Below, piece after piece: positions 18,668-28,002 of a stretch of 40,070 nucleotides of DNA. The stretch comes from Thermoplasmata archaeon (GTDB lineage Archaea > Thermoplasmatota > Thermoplasmata > Lutacidiplasmatales > UBA184). Positions within the stretch are counted from its first letter, which is position 1; each line of letters begins with the position of its first letter. Where the stretch lies: contig JAGWLG010000032.1 of the NCBI GenBank assembly GCA_028864975.1, forward strand, positions 1-40,070, written 5' to 3'. The notes beneath the pieces are model-generated. The model ran no database searches. It was given only the letters and a program-made list of their open reading frames with translations, and was not told where the DNA came from. The position numbers and the translations under genes were made by a program.

Positions 18668-18815
18668 CATGCTCGCAGAGGGACTGGCGACCTTCATCGC
18701 CCAGTGAAGGCTTCCAAGATCCTAGAGGCTGGCTCTCCCACTTCGTTTCGTCCACCGTAAAGGGTATGGCCAGGAAGGGTCTCGAGTAGTCTGGCCCTCC
18801 TTTCTTGGAGCACTC

Positions 18816-19019
18816 ATGCCCGGTACGAAGGTTACCAAGGTCGGACTTGTCCCGGTGACCACTCGATTCCCCGCGGCGCTTCACCGCGACATGGTTCGGG
18901 CGATCGAAGGGGCAAACCAATGGGTGGACCAGTGCGACTTCATTCGCGAAGCGGTCCGGGAGAAGCTCGATCGGATGAACGGAAGCTCCTCCAAATCCGT
19001 CGTGCGTACCCCGGCGTGA
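18816..19019 (+). CDS. CopG/Arc/MetJ ribbon-helix-helix regulator
   Basis: VTTRFPAALHRDM..W.DQCDFIREAVREKL is a classic RHH pattern. Confidence 0.85.
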   Translation: MPGTKVTKVGLVPVTTRFPAALHRDMVRAIEGANQWVDQCDFIREAVREKLDRMNGSSSKSVVRTPA

Positions 19020-19258
19020 CCCTTCATCCTCCAGGCAAGAGTCGACCGAGGGGTCGGCGGAAGCGGACTTGGGGTGACCGACCTGCGTCTGGGAACCTAC
19101 CCGGGCCGATGGATTTCCGTTCCGTGGGCGTTCGTGAAGGTCGCTGTGCTGCGTTGTCCTCTCTCACGCATTATTGGAAATCCGTGGGCATCTCCGATTC
19201 ATTAGGCGCGTCATCTCCGCTGCCTCGGCTATCTGCTCGCCCTTACTAACCGTCGGCC

Positions 19259-21703
19259 ATGTGGGCTTCTGCACCCAGCGACGGCGCTCGGCGGCGGCGT
19301 GTCCGGAATCCGAGGACTTGGACCTGGGGGGCGACGATTTTCGTGATGGCTTTGATGCTCCTTCCTCCCGGAGCGACGGCGCAGTCGACGGCGACGCGGC
19401 ATGGCTCGCAGACGGGCATGTCGAACGCAGCTTCCACGCAACTGGCTGAAGGGGCCCAGGCGATGGCATCCGCCGAGAAGTCTCTCGCCGCGGGGTCGGG
19501 ACCGGCTGATGGCTCGTCCATGACCTGCAGTTCCACCGGTGGGACGAGCGCCTCCTGTAGTGCGGCGAGTACGGACCCGCTGATGCTGGACAACGGAACT
19601 GGCGGCGGGGATTCCGGGGGGACTGGTGGCGACCCAGTTAACCCGAACTGCGAAGGAACCATCAACGCGACCATCGCGGCGGCGGGAGTGTGCGATCCCA
19701 AGAACCCACTTCAGGGAGCTCCCGCCGACCCGCCGAGCGCCCGTTACGGCTCAAGCATGGCATTCGTCCCCTACGCGAATGGGGAAGTTGTTCTGTTCGG
19801 TGGCTACACGGCGGGAACAACCAACGTCCTTGGCGACACCTGGACATTCCATCCTCAGACGGGAACGTGGACCCAAATCACCCCAGGCACCGTCCCCCCT
19901 GCACGGGCTTTCGCGAGCATGGCGTCCAATTGGTTTGGACAGTACGTGGTCATGTTTGGGGGGCGAGGAAGCTCGGGTCTGCTCAGCGACACATGGTTGT
20001 TCGACGTGACTCCAGGAAATTGGCAAAGCTTCTCCTGTTCGGGGAGCTGCCCTTCGGCTCGTGAGAATGCCTCGATGGACTACGATTCGAACCAAGCGGC
20101 GAACATTCTCTATGGAGGGATAGGCAGCGGCGGCCACACCCTTGGCGACCTGTGGACGTACAAGAATGGTAACGGGTGGACCTCCATTTCGCAGGTCAGT
20201 CCAAACCCAGGGAGCCGCTACTCCGTGGCCATGGCCTTCAACTACCAAAGTGGTCAGTTCTGGACGCTGCTTTTTGGTGGCGGGGGAGGCTCGTTTGCGG
20301 ATGCCTGGAACCTCACGATCTCGAACGGATATGCTCATTGGACGCAGCAGTGCACCACGACATGCGGTGCGTCAGCCCGGTACGACGCTGTCATGGGGTG
20401 GGACCCGACCGACCAGCACGTTTTCCTCTTCGGAGGAGTCTCTGGTTCTGGAGCTGACCTCGGCGACGCATACTGGTGGGTCGGATCTCCCACCTACTGG
20501 TCTTCCTACACTCCCGCGTTCACGGGAGATCCAGCCCCTTCAGCCCGCAGTTCGGCGACGATGTACAGTTTCAACACGTTCAACAACTCCCTTCAGAACA
20601 TGCTGGTCATGTTCGGTGGGGATGCCGGGAGCGGGGAGACGTGGGAGATCGGCGGGAACCTCACCAATGCCATTGCCAATGCTCCCACGTGGGTCCAGGT
20701 CGGGACATACAAACAGATCCAGTCGAGTACCCCACTCAGCGTACGGAGTGACGCTGCGATGACCTGGGACGCCCACGACTCCTACGTTGTGCTTTTTGGA
20801 GGGCAATCGAGCACCGGAGCTGCCCTCGGGGACACATGGAAGTACACGACCTCTGGAGGATGGACCCAGCTGTCACCCTCGACGAGTCCCGCCGCTCGCT
20901 ACTACTCGATGATGTTCAATGATTGGGGTGACAGTTACGTGCTCCTGTTCGGGGGTGTCTCCGGGACTACTGTCTTCCCCGACACCTGGAAGTTTAGCGG
21001 AGGTAGCTGGACGCGACTTCAAGGCGGTTCTGGGACGCATCCGTCCGGCCGCTATTGGGCCATGATGGCCGACGAGGTCCAGAGTTCGACCCAGGATGTC
21101 CTCCTGTTCGGAGGAAGGAACACCTCGACCAATCCAGCGTACGGCGACACGTGGACCTATCACGCCGGTACGTGGACGCAGCATACCCAGGCCCTCGGTA
21201 CCCTGAGGTGCAAGCCGTGTCCCGTGGCGCGCTACGGTGCGGCTATCACTCCTGACGTCGACCTGAACGGGAGCGACGGACTGCTGATGTTCGGAGGTCA
21301 AGACGTTAACAACCACTACCTAGGCGACACCTTCGGGTTCGATTACTTGCACGCCACTTGGTTCCAGTTCTTTACCCCAAGCGCGGGGACACCCACGGCT
21401 CGTTCTCACCCCTCGTTGCAATTCAATGCGTGGTACTTCGGTTTGGGTGGTGGCGACGGCGGGGCGATTCTGACAGGGGGGGTCATGGGATCGACCGTCT
21501 TCGGTGAGTCCTGGGTGTTCAATGGCAATGTTTGGATCCAAGTCTGTCCGGCGAGTGGGACGGGTGCATGCTCGATGGGCTCTCGGTGGTCGGCATCGAT
21601 TACCTTCTATGGGATCAACCCCACCTACGTCCTGGTTTTCGGTGGATGCTCAACAAGTTCATGCACACGCCTGAACGATGACTGGAAGTATACGGCTCCT
21701 TGA
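19259..21703 (+). CDS. Secreted Kelch-repeat protein, probably two beta-propellers, no C-terminal anchor
   Basis: About 12 repeats 'PsaR..a.ma.D....vllFGG....lgDTW.y..g.Wtq'. Signal peptide present. Ends at DDWKYTAP without a TM. Confidence 0.9.
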   Translation: MWASAPSDGARRRRVRNPRTWTWGATIFVMALMLLPPGATAQSTATRHGSQTGMSNAASTQLAEGAQAMASAEKSLAAGSGPADGSSMTCSSTGGTSASCSAASTDPLMLDNGTGGGDSGGTGGDPVNPNCEGTINATIAAAGVCDPKNPLQGAPADPPSARYGSSMAFVPYANGEVVLFGGYTAGTTNVLGDTWTFHPQTGTWTQITPGTVPPARAFASMASNWFGQYVVMFGGRGSSGLLSDTWLFDVTPGNWQSFSCSGSCPSARENASMDYDSNQAANILYGGIGSGGHTLGDLWTYKNGNGWTSISQVSPNPGSRYSVAMAFNYQSGQFWTLLFGGGGGSFADAWNLTISNGYAHWTQQCTTTCGASARYDAVMGWDPTDQHVFLFGGVSGSGADLGDAYWWVGSPTYWSSYTPAFTGDPAPSARSSATMYSFNTFNNSLQNMLVMFGGDAGSGETWEIGGNLTNAIANAPTWVQVGTYKQIQSSTPLSVRSDAAMTWDAHDSYVVLFGGQSSTGAALGDTWKYTTSGGWTQLSPSTSPAARYYSMMFNDWGDSYVLLFGGVSGTTVFPDTWKFSGGSWTRLQGGSGTHPSGRYWAMMADEVQSSTQDVLLFGGRNTSTNPAYGDTWTYHAGTWTQHTQALGTLRCKPCPVARYGAAITPDVDLNGSDGLLMFGGQDVNNHYLGDTFGFDYLHATWFQFFTPSAGTPTARSHPSLQFNAWYFGLGGGDGGAILTGGVMGSTVFGESWVFNGNVWIQVCPASGTGACSMGSRWSASITFYGINPTYVLVFGGCSTSSCTRLNDDWKYTAP

Positions 21704-21800
21704 CTGAAAGTATTTGTTGAGTGAGTACGATAGTTCCGTGACGGTGAGGGCCGACCAAGTGTCGGCTTGATTGACCCTCCCACTCTGCCGGAGGGCGGCG

Positions 21801-23978
21801 ATGCCTCACACGGCTCGAATCACCACGGTCGTCGTATCGGTCTCAGTAGTGGTCCTCATGCTAGACATCTGTGGTGGGACCGGCTCTATCGTGGAGAGGA
21901 ACCCGTCGCAGAACACGGTGGGTCTTCCAAACAGCCGTGCCGACCATACGACCGGCAGTGGGGTGATGAAGTACGAAGGTCAGGCCCTTTCAGCAGACTG
22001 GACAGACCTCACTTCGTTGAGTGCAAACCCGGCCCCGACTCAGGGTCTCTTCGCCTATGACGTTACGGACAGCTACGACGTTCAGGTAGGGAACTGGAAC
22101 GGCGGAACGGCCTCGACGTACGTATACTCAGGTCTCAACTGGACGAACGTCACCTCCACCGCCGGGACTCCGCCCCCGGGAGAACTTTGGGGGGGCCCGC
22201 AAATCCTCGTCTACGACGCTGCAGACGGCTACCTACTGCTGTACATGGGGATAGTGGAAACTCCGTCCAAGATTGTTCCGTTCCCTCAGACATGGTCGTT
22301 CCATGCCGGACGTTGGACGAACCTCACTTCCACACTCGGCGAAGAGCCCTCCCCTCGATGGGGCGGACAAATGGTCTACGACACGCACGATGGCTACGTC
22401 CTGTTGTTCGGGGGTTCGAAGGCAGGCTACGGTGGGACCCAAGGCGACGGGATCAACGATACATGGGTCTATGGGGCAGGAACATGGACGAATCTGACGA
22501 GTTCTGCCGGCCAAGCTCCGTCCCAATACGGTGCGTCCGGCGCGACGATGGGGTACGACCCGCTCCTGGGAGGCGTCGTAGCCCAGGTCCCAGCGGGAGG
22601 GAACAGCGTTGACTACTGGAACCAGACCTGGGAGTTCGCTAGCGGCCACTGGAGGGAACTCAACCGCTACAGCAGCTATGGGCAGACCATAGGGGGTGCG
22701 CTCGGATTCGACCCGCAGCTGGGGATGTTTCTCATGTTTGGCGGGATCAACGCACTCGGGCCCGTCTCGACGCTCTGGAGCTACGTCAATCAAAACTGGA
22801 CGGTTGTCGCCACGGCCCACTCGCCACCTCCGACCGAAGGCGCCACGCTTGCATGGGACAGCTCCCAGAAGCTGATGTTCCTCTGGGGCGGCGCATGGTA
22901 CGAAGGGACTGGGTTCTGCGGGTCGTGCATTTGGGCGCTCGCCCTCCCGTTGCAGGTCCAGGGTGCGGTGTCCTCCAGCTCGGGGCCCTCCCCGCTGGAG
23001 GTCGCGTTCTCTGCGATAGCCAGCGGCGGCGTATTGCCCTCCCACTGGTCGTGGCACTTCGGCGATGGTGGCTCATCGACGGGTGAGAACACGACCCATG
23101 CCTATCTCGAGCCGGGGACGTTCGTTGCCTGGGTCAACGTTACGGATCGCCTCTCGACCCTTGCCCAGAGTGCGACTCTCACGATCACGGTCCTTGTGGC
23201 GTTCGTGCCCAGCTTCCTCGCGTCCCCCACGTCCGGGCCGTCGCCTCTTCAAGTGAGTTTCCAGGCGTACGGGCACGGCGGAACGCAACCCTACCAGGCA
23301 AGTTGGTGGTTTGGGGATGGGACGGGGGCTTCCGTCGGGAATACTTCTCACGTTTACAGTGCGGCGGGCTCCTACGTGGCGACCGCGTGGATCAACTTCT
23401 CCTCCGGTGCCACCTACTCGAGCCGCTTCTCGATCGTCGCCACGCAGCCACCGCCCCCGCTCGTCGTCGACGCTTCCGCCAACCTAACGAGCGGGACTTC
23501 CCCCCTCTCCGTCGCGCTGAACGCGACCGCTACGGGTGGGGTCCCTCCCCTACAGTTCGCTTGGCGCTTCGGGGACGGAGGATCCTCCAGCGTGCGGAAC
23601 CCCAGCCACAGGTTCGCCACGGCAGGGACCTACGTGGTCCGACTGTGGGTGAACGAAAGCTGGGGCGCGGGCGCCACCAGCTCCCTCACGGTGACCGTCC
23701 GCCCACCGCCTCCGGCGAGCGCGCCACCGTACCTCGTGCTGGACGAGACCCTGACTGTTGTACTGGTGGCGGAGGTTGCAGCACTACTTCTCCTGCGACG
23801 AAGGGACCGACGGCAGAAGGAGAGACCCGCAGCTGTAAGGGAGGTTGGTGATCATTCTTCCCGCCCGAAGAGCCTTCCCCCCGAGGGAGGACATAGCGAG
23901 GCCGACCTCTCCGATCGATCCGAGGAAGAGCGCGGGTGCTTGACCGGGAGCGACCCCATGCGGAAGTCCACCCGATAG
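21801..23978 (+). CDS. Kelch-repeat + 3 PKD domain surface protein, TM-anchored
   Basis: Kelch repeats, then three W.FGDG..H.Y...G.Y PKD units, then TM + RRR. The ORF track starts at TTG 21771. Confidence 0.9.
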   Translation: MPHTARITTVVVSVSVVVLMLDICGGTGSIVERNPSQNTVGLPNSRADHTTGSGVMKYEGQALSADWTDLTSLSANPAPTQGLFAYDVTDSYDVQVGNWNGGTASTYVYSGLNWTNVTSTAGTPPPGELWGGPQILVYDAADGYLLLYMGIVETPSKIVPFPQTWSFHAGRWTNLTSTLGEEPSPRWGGQMVYDTHDGYVLLFGGSKAGYGGTQGDGINDTWVYGAGTWTNLTSSAGQAPSQYGASGATMGYDPLLGGVVAQVPAGGNSVDYWNQTWEFASGHWRELNRYSSYGQTIGGALGFDPQLGMFLMFGGINALGPVSTLWSYVNQNWTVVATAHSPPPTEGATLAWDSSQKLMFLWGGAWYEGTGFCGSCIWALALPLQVQGAVSSSSGPSPLEVAFSAIASGGVLPSHWSWHFGDGGSSTGENTTHAYLEPGTFVAWVNVTDRLSTLAQSATLTITVLVAFVPSFLASPTSGPSPLQVSFQAYGHGGTQPYQASWWFGDGTGASVGNTSHVYSAAGSYVATAWINFSSGATYSSRFSIVATQPPPPLVVDASANLTSGTSPLSVALNATATGGVPPLQFAWRFGDGGSSSVRNPSHRFATAGTYVVRLWVNESWGAGATSSLTVTVRPPPPASAPPYLVLDETLTVVLVAEVAALLLLRRRDRRQKERPAAVREVGDHSSRPKSLPPEGGHSEADLSDRSEEERGCLTGSDPMRKSTR

Positions 23979-23994
23979 CGCCGACGGAGGTACC

Positions 23995-26133
23995 ATGCAG
24001 AGCCGGGGACCGCATGTTCGAGGCGTGAGAACAAGTGCGAACGACCCTGGGCGGTCGTCCTCCGTCTGGCCGGCCACTACTTCTGCCGTGACGGCGATGG
24101 TCATGGTCATCGTCCTGGTCTCCCCGTTCGGCAACGCTGGGGCCGGCGCGAACGCGAGGCCTCGTGTGGTGGAGGAACCCCGTTCAGTTCCCGTCAGCGA
24201 CTCGAGGGCCTCGGCGGTCCCTTCGCAGTCCTCCCCGGACTGGATCAACATCACGGGACAGAGTGCCGGTCCCGCGCCGGTGGGAGGCCTCTTCGCCTAT
24301 GACGCGGCGGATGGGTATGACCTCCAGTTCGGTGGATGTCTCCCGGGAGGCAATCCGACCTACCCTGTCTGCCCCAATGACACCTACACCTACTCCGGGT
24401 TGAACTGGACGAACATCACTTCGACCGCGGGTGTCGCACCGCCGGCCATCGTCCGGGGCAGCGCGAACAGCACGACCGTGATGGCGTATGACCCCGTCGA
24501 CCGGTACGTCCTCCTCTTCGAGGGGGCCCTCCAGCACAACTGGACACACCGTCTCATCCCGTATGCGCAGACTTGGGAGTTTCATGGGGGGCGCTGGAGG
24601 AACCTGAGCATCGCGGCTTGGAACCAACCACCTCCCCAACAAGCCGGTGCCCTCGCGTACGATGCGTTCGATGGGTACATGGTCTTCTTTGGGGGGTGGT
24701 CGAACTGGCCGGCACGGATACCTGCCAATTCCACCGCAGGGAACTCCAACTTCACCTGGATCTTCCGCGACGGGAGCTGGGCTGACGCCACGGAGGTTCC
24801 GCCCTATACCCAAGCCCCTCCGCCGGACATCAACCCCTCCATGGCTTTCGACCCGACACTCAATGCCCTCGTGATGCAAGATGACAACGAGACCTGGAAG
24901 TTCGTCGGAGAGCACTGGTACCAGCTCCACCCGACCACGACTTACGCGAAGGCTTACGGGAGCGCAATAGGGTGGGACCCGCAGATGGGGCGGCTGATGC
25001 TTTGGGGAGGTGCGGCGGGTCCGGACTTCACGACCGCCCTATGGGAGCTGACCAACGGGAATTGGACCCCGCTCGCGACGGCCCACGAGGCGCCGGCGGC
25101 ATTCGCCCCCTCATTCGCATGGGACCCTATCCAACGACTGATGCTGCTGTGGGGAGGGGCGACCAATCTCACCCGCAACGACTGGATGTGGGTGCTCGCA
25201 CTCCCGCTCCAGATCCAGGCCACGTCCTCAGCGACCTCCGGTCCCGCGCCCCTAATCCTCGCCTTCACCAGCAACACGACGGGCGGAGTGACACCCTCTC
25301 GATGGTCATGGCACTTCGGGGATGGCGGCTCGTCCACCAACGAGAACGCGACCCACGCGTTCCTCTACCCTGGGAACTACAATACCTGGGTCAACGTGAG
25401 TGATCGACTGGGCATCCTCGCGCAGAGCAACCTCCTCGTGATCGCGGTCGACCCGGGGCTGACGGTCTCCTTCTCAGCTAGCCCTGCGACCGGTATCGCC
25501 CCGCTGAGTGTCAGCTTCCAAGCGTACGGTCAGGGAGGAGGGCAGGCCTACACCGCATCCTGGCACTTCGGGGATGGAGGGAGTTCTCTCTCAGGAAATA
25601 CCAGCCATGTCTATGTTCGTCCCGGCACGTACTCGGCGACGGCCTGGGTCAATGTTTCCGTCGCGAGCTACTATCGGTCCTTCCTGATGGCGGTCTCGCC
25701 CAGTATGCCCTTCATGGCGACCGCGGGGGCGGATCCCGATGCGGGAGCACCACCACTCATGGTTGGTTTCAACGGAACAGCCACCGGGGGAAACCCTCCA
25801 TTCTCTTTCGCATGGCGCTTCGGTGACGGTGGTTCATCCATCGTTCGGAACCCGATTCACTCATTCACTAGAGCTGGAAGCTACTCCGCGTCGTTGTGGG
25901 TCAACGACAGCCGCGGAAGGGTCGCTACGAGCTCGGTCTCCATCACCGTCGCCGAGCCTTCTCCACCGCTCGTCCTCGGGCTGCCGCCCGCGATCGTTTG
26001 CGCTGTCTTTGTCGCGAGCGCGTTCGCGGTCGTGGTCCTCTTGGCAGTGTTCGTTGCGAGGAGGAGGAGAGGACGGAGGGCCGGGTCCGAGTCCGAGGAT
26101 GAGTACCGGCCTGACGAACGTGCGAAAGCGTAG
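23995..26133 (+). CDS. Kelch-repeat + 3 PKD domain surface protein, TM-anchored (tandem paralog of 21801-23978)
   Basis: Same architecture, with co-linear motifs (GLFAYD, LMLLWGGA, WVLALPLQ, PSRWSWHFGDGGSS, FQAYGQGG). Confidence 0.9.
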   Translation: MQSRGPHVRGVRTSANDPGRSSSVWPATTSAVTAMVMVIVLVSPFGNAGAGANARPRVVEEPRSVPVSDSRASAVPSQSSPDWINITGQSAGPAPVGGLFAYDAADGYDLQFGGCLPGGNPTYPVCPNDTYTYSGLNWTNITSTAGVAPPAIVRGSANSTTVMAYDPVDRYVLLFEGALQHNWTHRLIPYAQTWEFHGGRWRNLSIAAWNQPPPQQAGALAYDAFDGYMVFFGGWSNWPARIPANSTAGNSNFTWIFRDGSWADATEVPPYTQAPPPDINPSMAFDPTLNALVMQDDNETWKFVGEHWYQLHPTTTYAKAYGSAIGWDPQMGRLMLWGGAAGPDFTTALWELTNGNWTPLATAHEAPAAFAPSFAWDPIQRLMLLWGGATNLTRNDWMWVLALPLQIQATSSATSGPAPLILAFTSNTTGGVTPSRWSWHFGDGGSSTNENATHAFLYPGNYNTWVNVSDRLGILAQSNLLVIAVDPGLTVSFSASPATGIAPLSVSFQAYGQGGGQAYTASWHFGDGGSSLSGNTSHVYVRPGTYSATAWVNVSVASYYRSFLMAVSPSMPFMATAGADPDAGAPPLMVGFNGTATGGNPPFSFAWRFGDGGSSIVRNPIHSFTRAGSYSASLWVNDSRGRVATSSVSITVAEPSPPLVLGLPPAIVCAVFVASAFAVVVLLAVFVARRRRGRRAGSESEDEYRPDERAKA

Positions 26134-26242
26134 CGCTCAGAGACGACGTAGGATACTCGTCCCCACGCCGTTTCACTACGACGATGGCCACATTTCGCGT
26201 GGCGTCCGCGAGTCGACGCAAGGCGGATCGCGGGTGCTCGGC

Positions 26243-26432
26243 GTGATTGACCGTCTCGCTAACAGGAGCGTGAGCTGGGTGAGGTCGCCCTCTTAGCGGG
26301 CGAGGCGTCTGCACGTCCTGTTGGGCCGCGCGGCCGGTGGACGCCCTCGTGGCGAGGGCGTCGGGGCGGTTCATCCATACGTGCCACTCGTGCTCCAGCT
26401 TCCTCCTCACGACGAACCTGGTCGCCCGCTGA
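26243..26432 (+). pseudogene. Frameshifted paralog of the 18467-18667 zinc-finger gene
   Basis: NRSVSW (cf. QRSVVW) lies in one frame and GVCTSCWAARPVDALVARASGRFIHTCHSCSSFLLTTNLVAR* in another (cf. EVCFFCESARPVDCLVSSASGRLIHTCHSCSRFLLTTNVVFH). Confidence 0.75.
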
Positions 26433-26695
26433 GCGGACGACGATCGCCCTCGGGCGGACCGCGGCCGTCATCCTGGTGGTCTTCCTGGTGGCCGTGCTCG
26501 GCGGGTGGGGGGTCAGGACGCGGCGCCTCGCCGAGGAATGCGAAGAGCGTGAGCTCTGACCTTCGCCCGGGAGCCGGCTCCTCTCCCTCTCGAGAGGAGC
26601 CGGCCATGGAACCAAGCCCTTTCACGGGGGTACCAGAACCGTTATGCGACCCCGGCGCCATTGGCGATAGCGTCAGGACTCCAGAGGAGAGGACC

Positions 26696-27070
26696 ATGCA
26701 GCTCGAGAGGGACCCCTTGACCTACCTCTTCCGGAGCGACGACGCCCGGAAGGTCATGGCGGAGCTGCGGGACGGCGAGCCTCACCTCCCCAGCGAGGTC
26801 CGCCGGAAGCTCGCGGTCCATCCCCAGTCCTTCCGGGAGCTCGTCGAGCACCTGGACGCCTACGGGCTCGTGGACCTCGCCGTCCAGAAGGGCTCGCGCG
26901 CCGAGCGGACCCCCCAGGGTTGGGGCGTCAAGGTCGTCCTCCAAGCGACCCCCGCCGGCCTCGCGCTCCTCGAGGTCCTGGAAAGGGCGACCCACGACAT
27001 CGCGGACGTCGTCCATCGCAAGGGGAAGCTCCTGCCTCCTGCCACCGTAGAGCGATGGCAGGAGGCCTGA
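26696..27070 (+). CDS. Winged-HTH (MarR/HxlR-like) protein
   Basis: GAGGAGAGG SD before ATG 26696. HLPSEVRRKLAVHPQSFRELVEHLDAYGLV..QATPAGLALL. Confidence 0.8.
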   Translation: MQLERDPLTYLFRSDDARKVMAELRDGEPHLPSEVRRKLAVHPQSFRELVEHLDAYGLVDLAVQKGSRAERTPQGWGVKVVLQATPAGLALLEVLERATHDIADVVHRKGKLLPPATVERWQEA

Positions 27071-27621
27071 TGCGAGTCTTCCTGCTGGGACCCTCCAAGT
27101 GGCTGCCGGAGGCCCGTCCCGGCCTCCCCGACTATCTGGTGGAGTGGCTCCCGGCCGACTGGAAGCGGCAGGGAGCGGACATCCTGTGGCCCCTCGACAT
27201 CCGTCGCGGGCTCGCCCACGAACTGGAGAAGGAGGGGGCGATGGCCACCATGATGGAGCTCTGGAGCCGGCGACCCACCGAGGACCGCCACGACCTCTTC
27301 CGCCGGATCCTCGTGGAGTTCGGGACGGAGCACGTCTTCGCCTACTGGCCCCGGGACGCGAACCTCTCGGGCCTCTACATCGAGCTGGGCGTTCTGGGGG
27401 AGAAGGTGAAGAACCGGGAGGTGCAGGGCACGAGCCTCCGCATCTTCCCGGAGCTCGGGGCCGCCTTCTTCGACCCCGACCAGGACCGTGTCATCTTCCG
27501 GGAGAGCGGCGCGCGGACGACCTACTCCTTGGACTGGGAGGGGTGGGGCGTGAGGATCTCCCTCTGGTCGGACTACCGGACCCTTCGCCAGATGATGGTG
27601 AGCCGCCTCCGGACGGGGTAG
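27070..27621 (+). CDS. Nucleoside 2-deoxyribosyltransferase-like (Rossmann-type) protein
   Basis: TGATG coupling to the wHTH gene. VFLLGP strand, IRRGLAHELEKEG helix, and HVFAYWPRDANLSGLYIELGVL resembling the NDT 'G...E.G' motif. The gene call is more secure than the family call. Confidence 0.6.
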   Translation: MRVFLLGPSKWLPEARPGLPDYLVEWLPADWKRQGADILWPLDIRRGLAHELEKEGAMATMMELWSRRPTEDRHDLFRRILVEFGTEHVFAYWPRDANLSGLYIELGVLGEKVKNREVQGTSLRIFPELGAAFFDPDQDRVIFRESGARTTYSLDWEGWGVRISLWSDYRTLRQMMVSRLRTG

Positions 27622-27666
27622 CCCGGAACCCCGCTCCCACGGCTCCCATCGCTCGCGAGGGAGACC

Positions 27667-28002
27667 GTGAGAGCGAACAGCCTCCGACCCAACCGAGCCC
27701 GACGACCCGCGACGACCGACCGAGCCCCGACCGACGACTCCTGGGTCGACCAGGTCGCCGACGAGGTCCAGGCCCTGCTCCGGGAGCAGGGCCTCGAGAT
27801 GGAGATGATCGCCTTCTACGATCCCATCGACGAGCAGTTGCATGCCGTCGGGTTCGACGGAAGTCCTGCGAGGTTCCTTCGGTCGCTCGAGACCGACCCC
27901 GCACCATCGGATTCCCCGGCTTCGCGAGGGAATCCGATGTCGGAGAACATCAACCCACCCGCGCAGAGCCAACGAACGCCGAACAACGAGGTCCGGGCAT
28001 GA
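27667..28002 (+). CDS. Hypothetical protein (first of a coupled operon)
   Basis: GGGAG upstream of GTG; ATGA overlap with the next gene. Confidence 0.65.
   Translation: MRANSLRPNRARRPATTDRAPTDDSWVDQVADEVQALLREQGLEMEMIAFYDPIDEQLHAVGFDGSPARFLRSLETDPAPSDSPASRGNPMSENINPPAQSQRTPNNEVRA

Noticed and set aside
21801-26133. Possible DGR template/variable repeats between the Kelch-PKD paralogs
   Set aside because: Differences affect all four bases and are mostly at third codon positions, not adenine-specific. No reverse transcriptase is in the window. This is ordinary paralogy.
27099-27998. N-terminal 300 aa of the 728-aa track ORF
   Set aside because: It overlaps two better genes in other frames. 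The real start is most likely the ATGA overlap at 27999.
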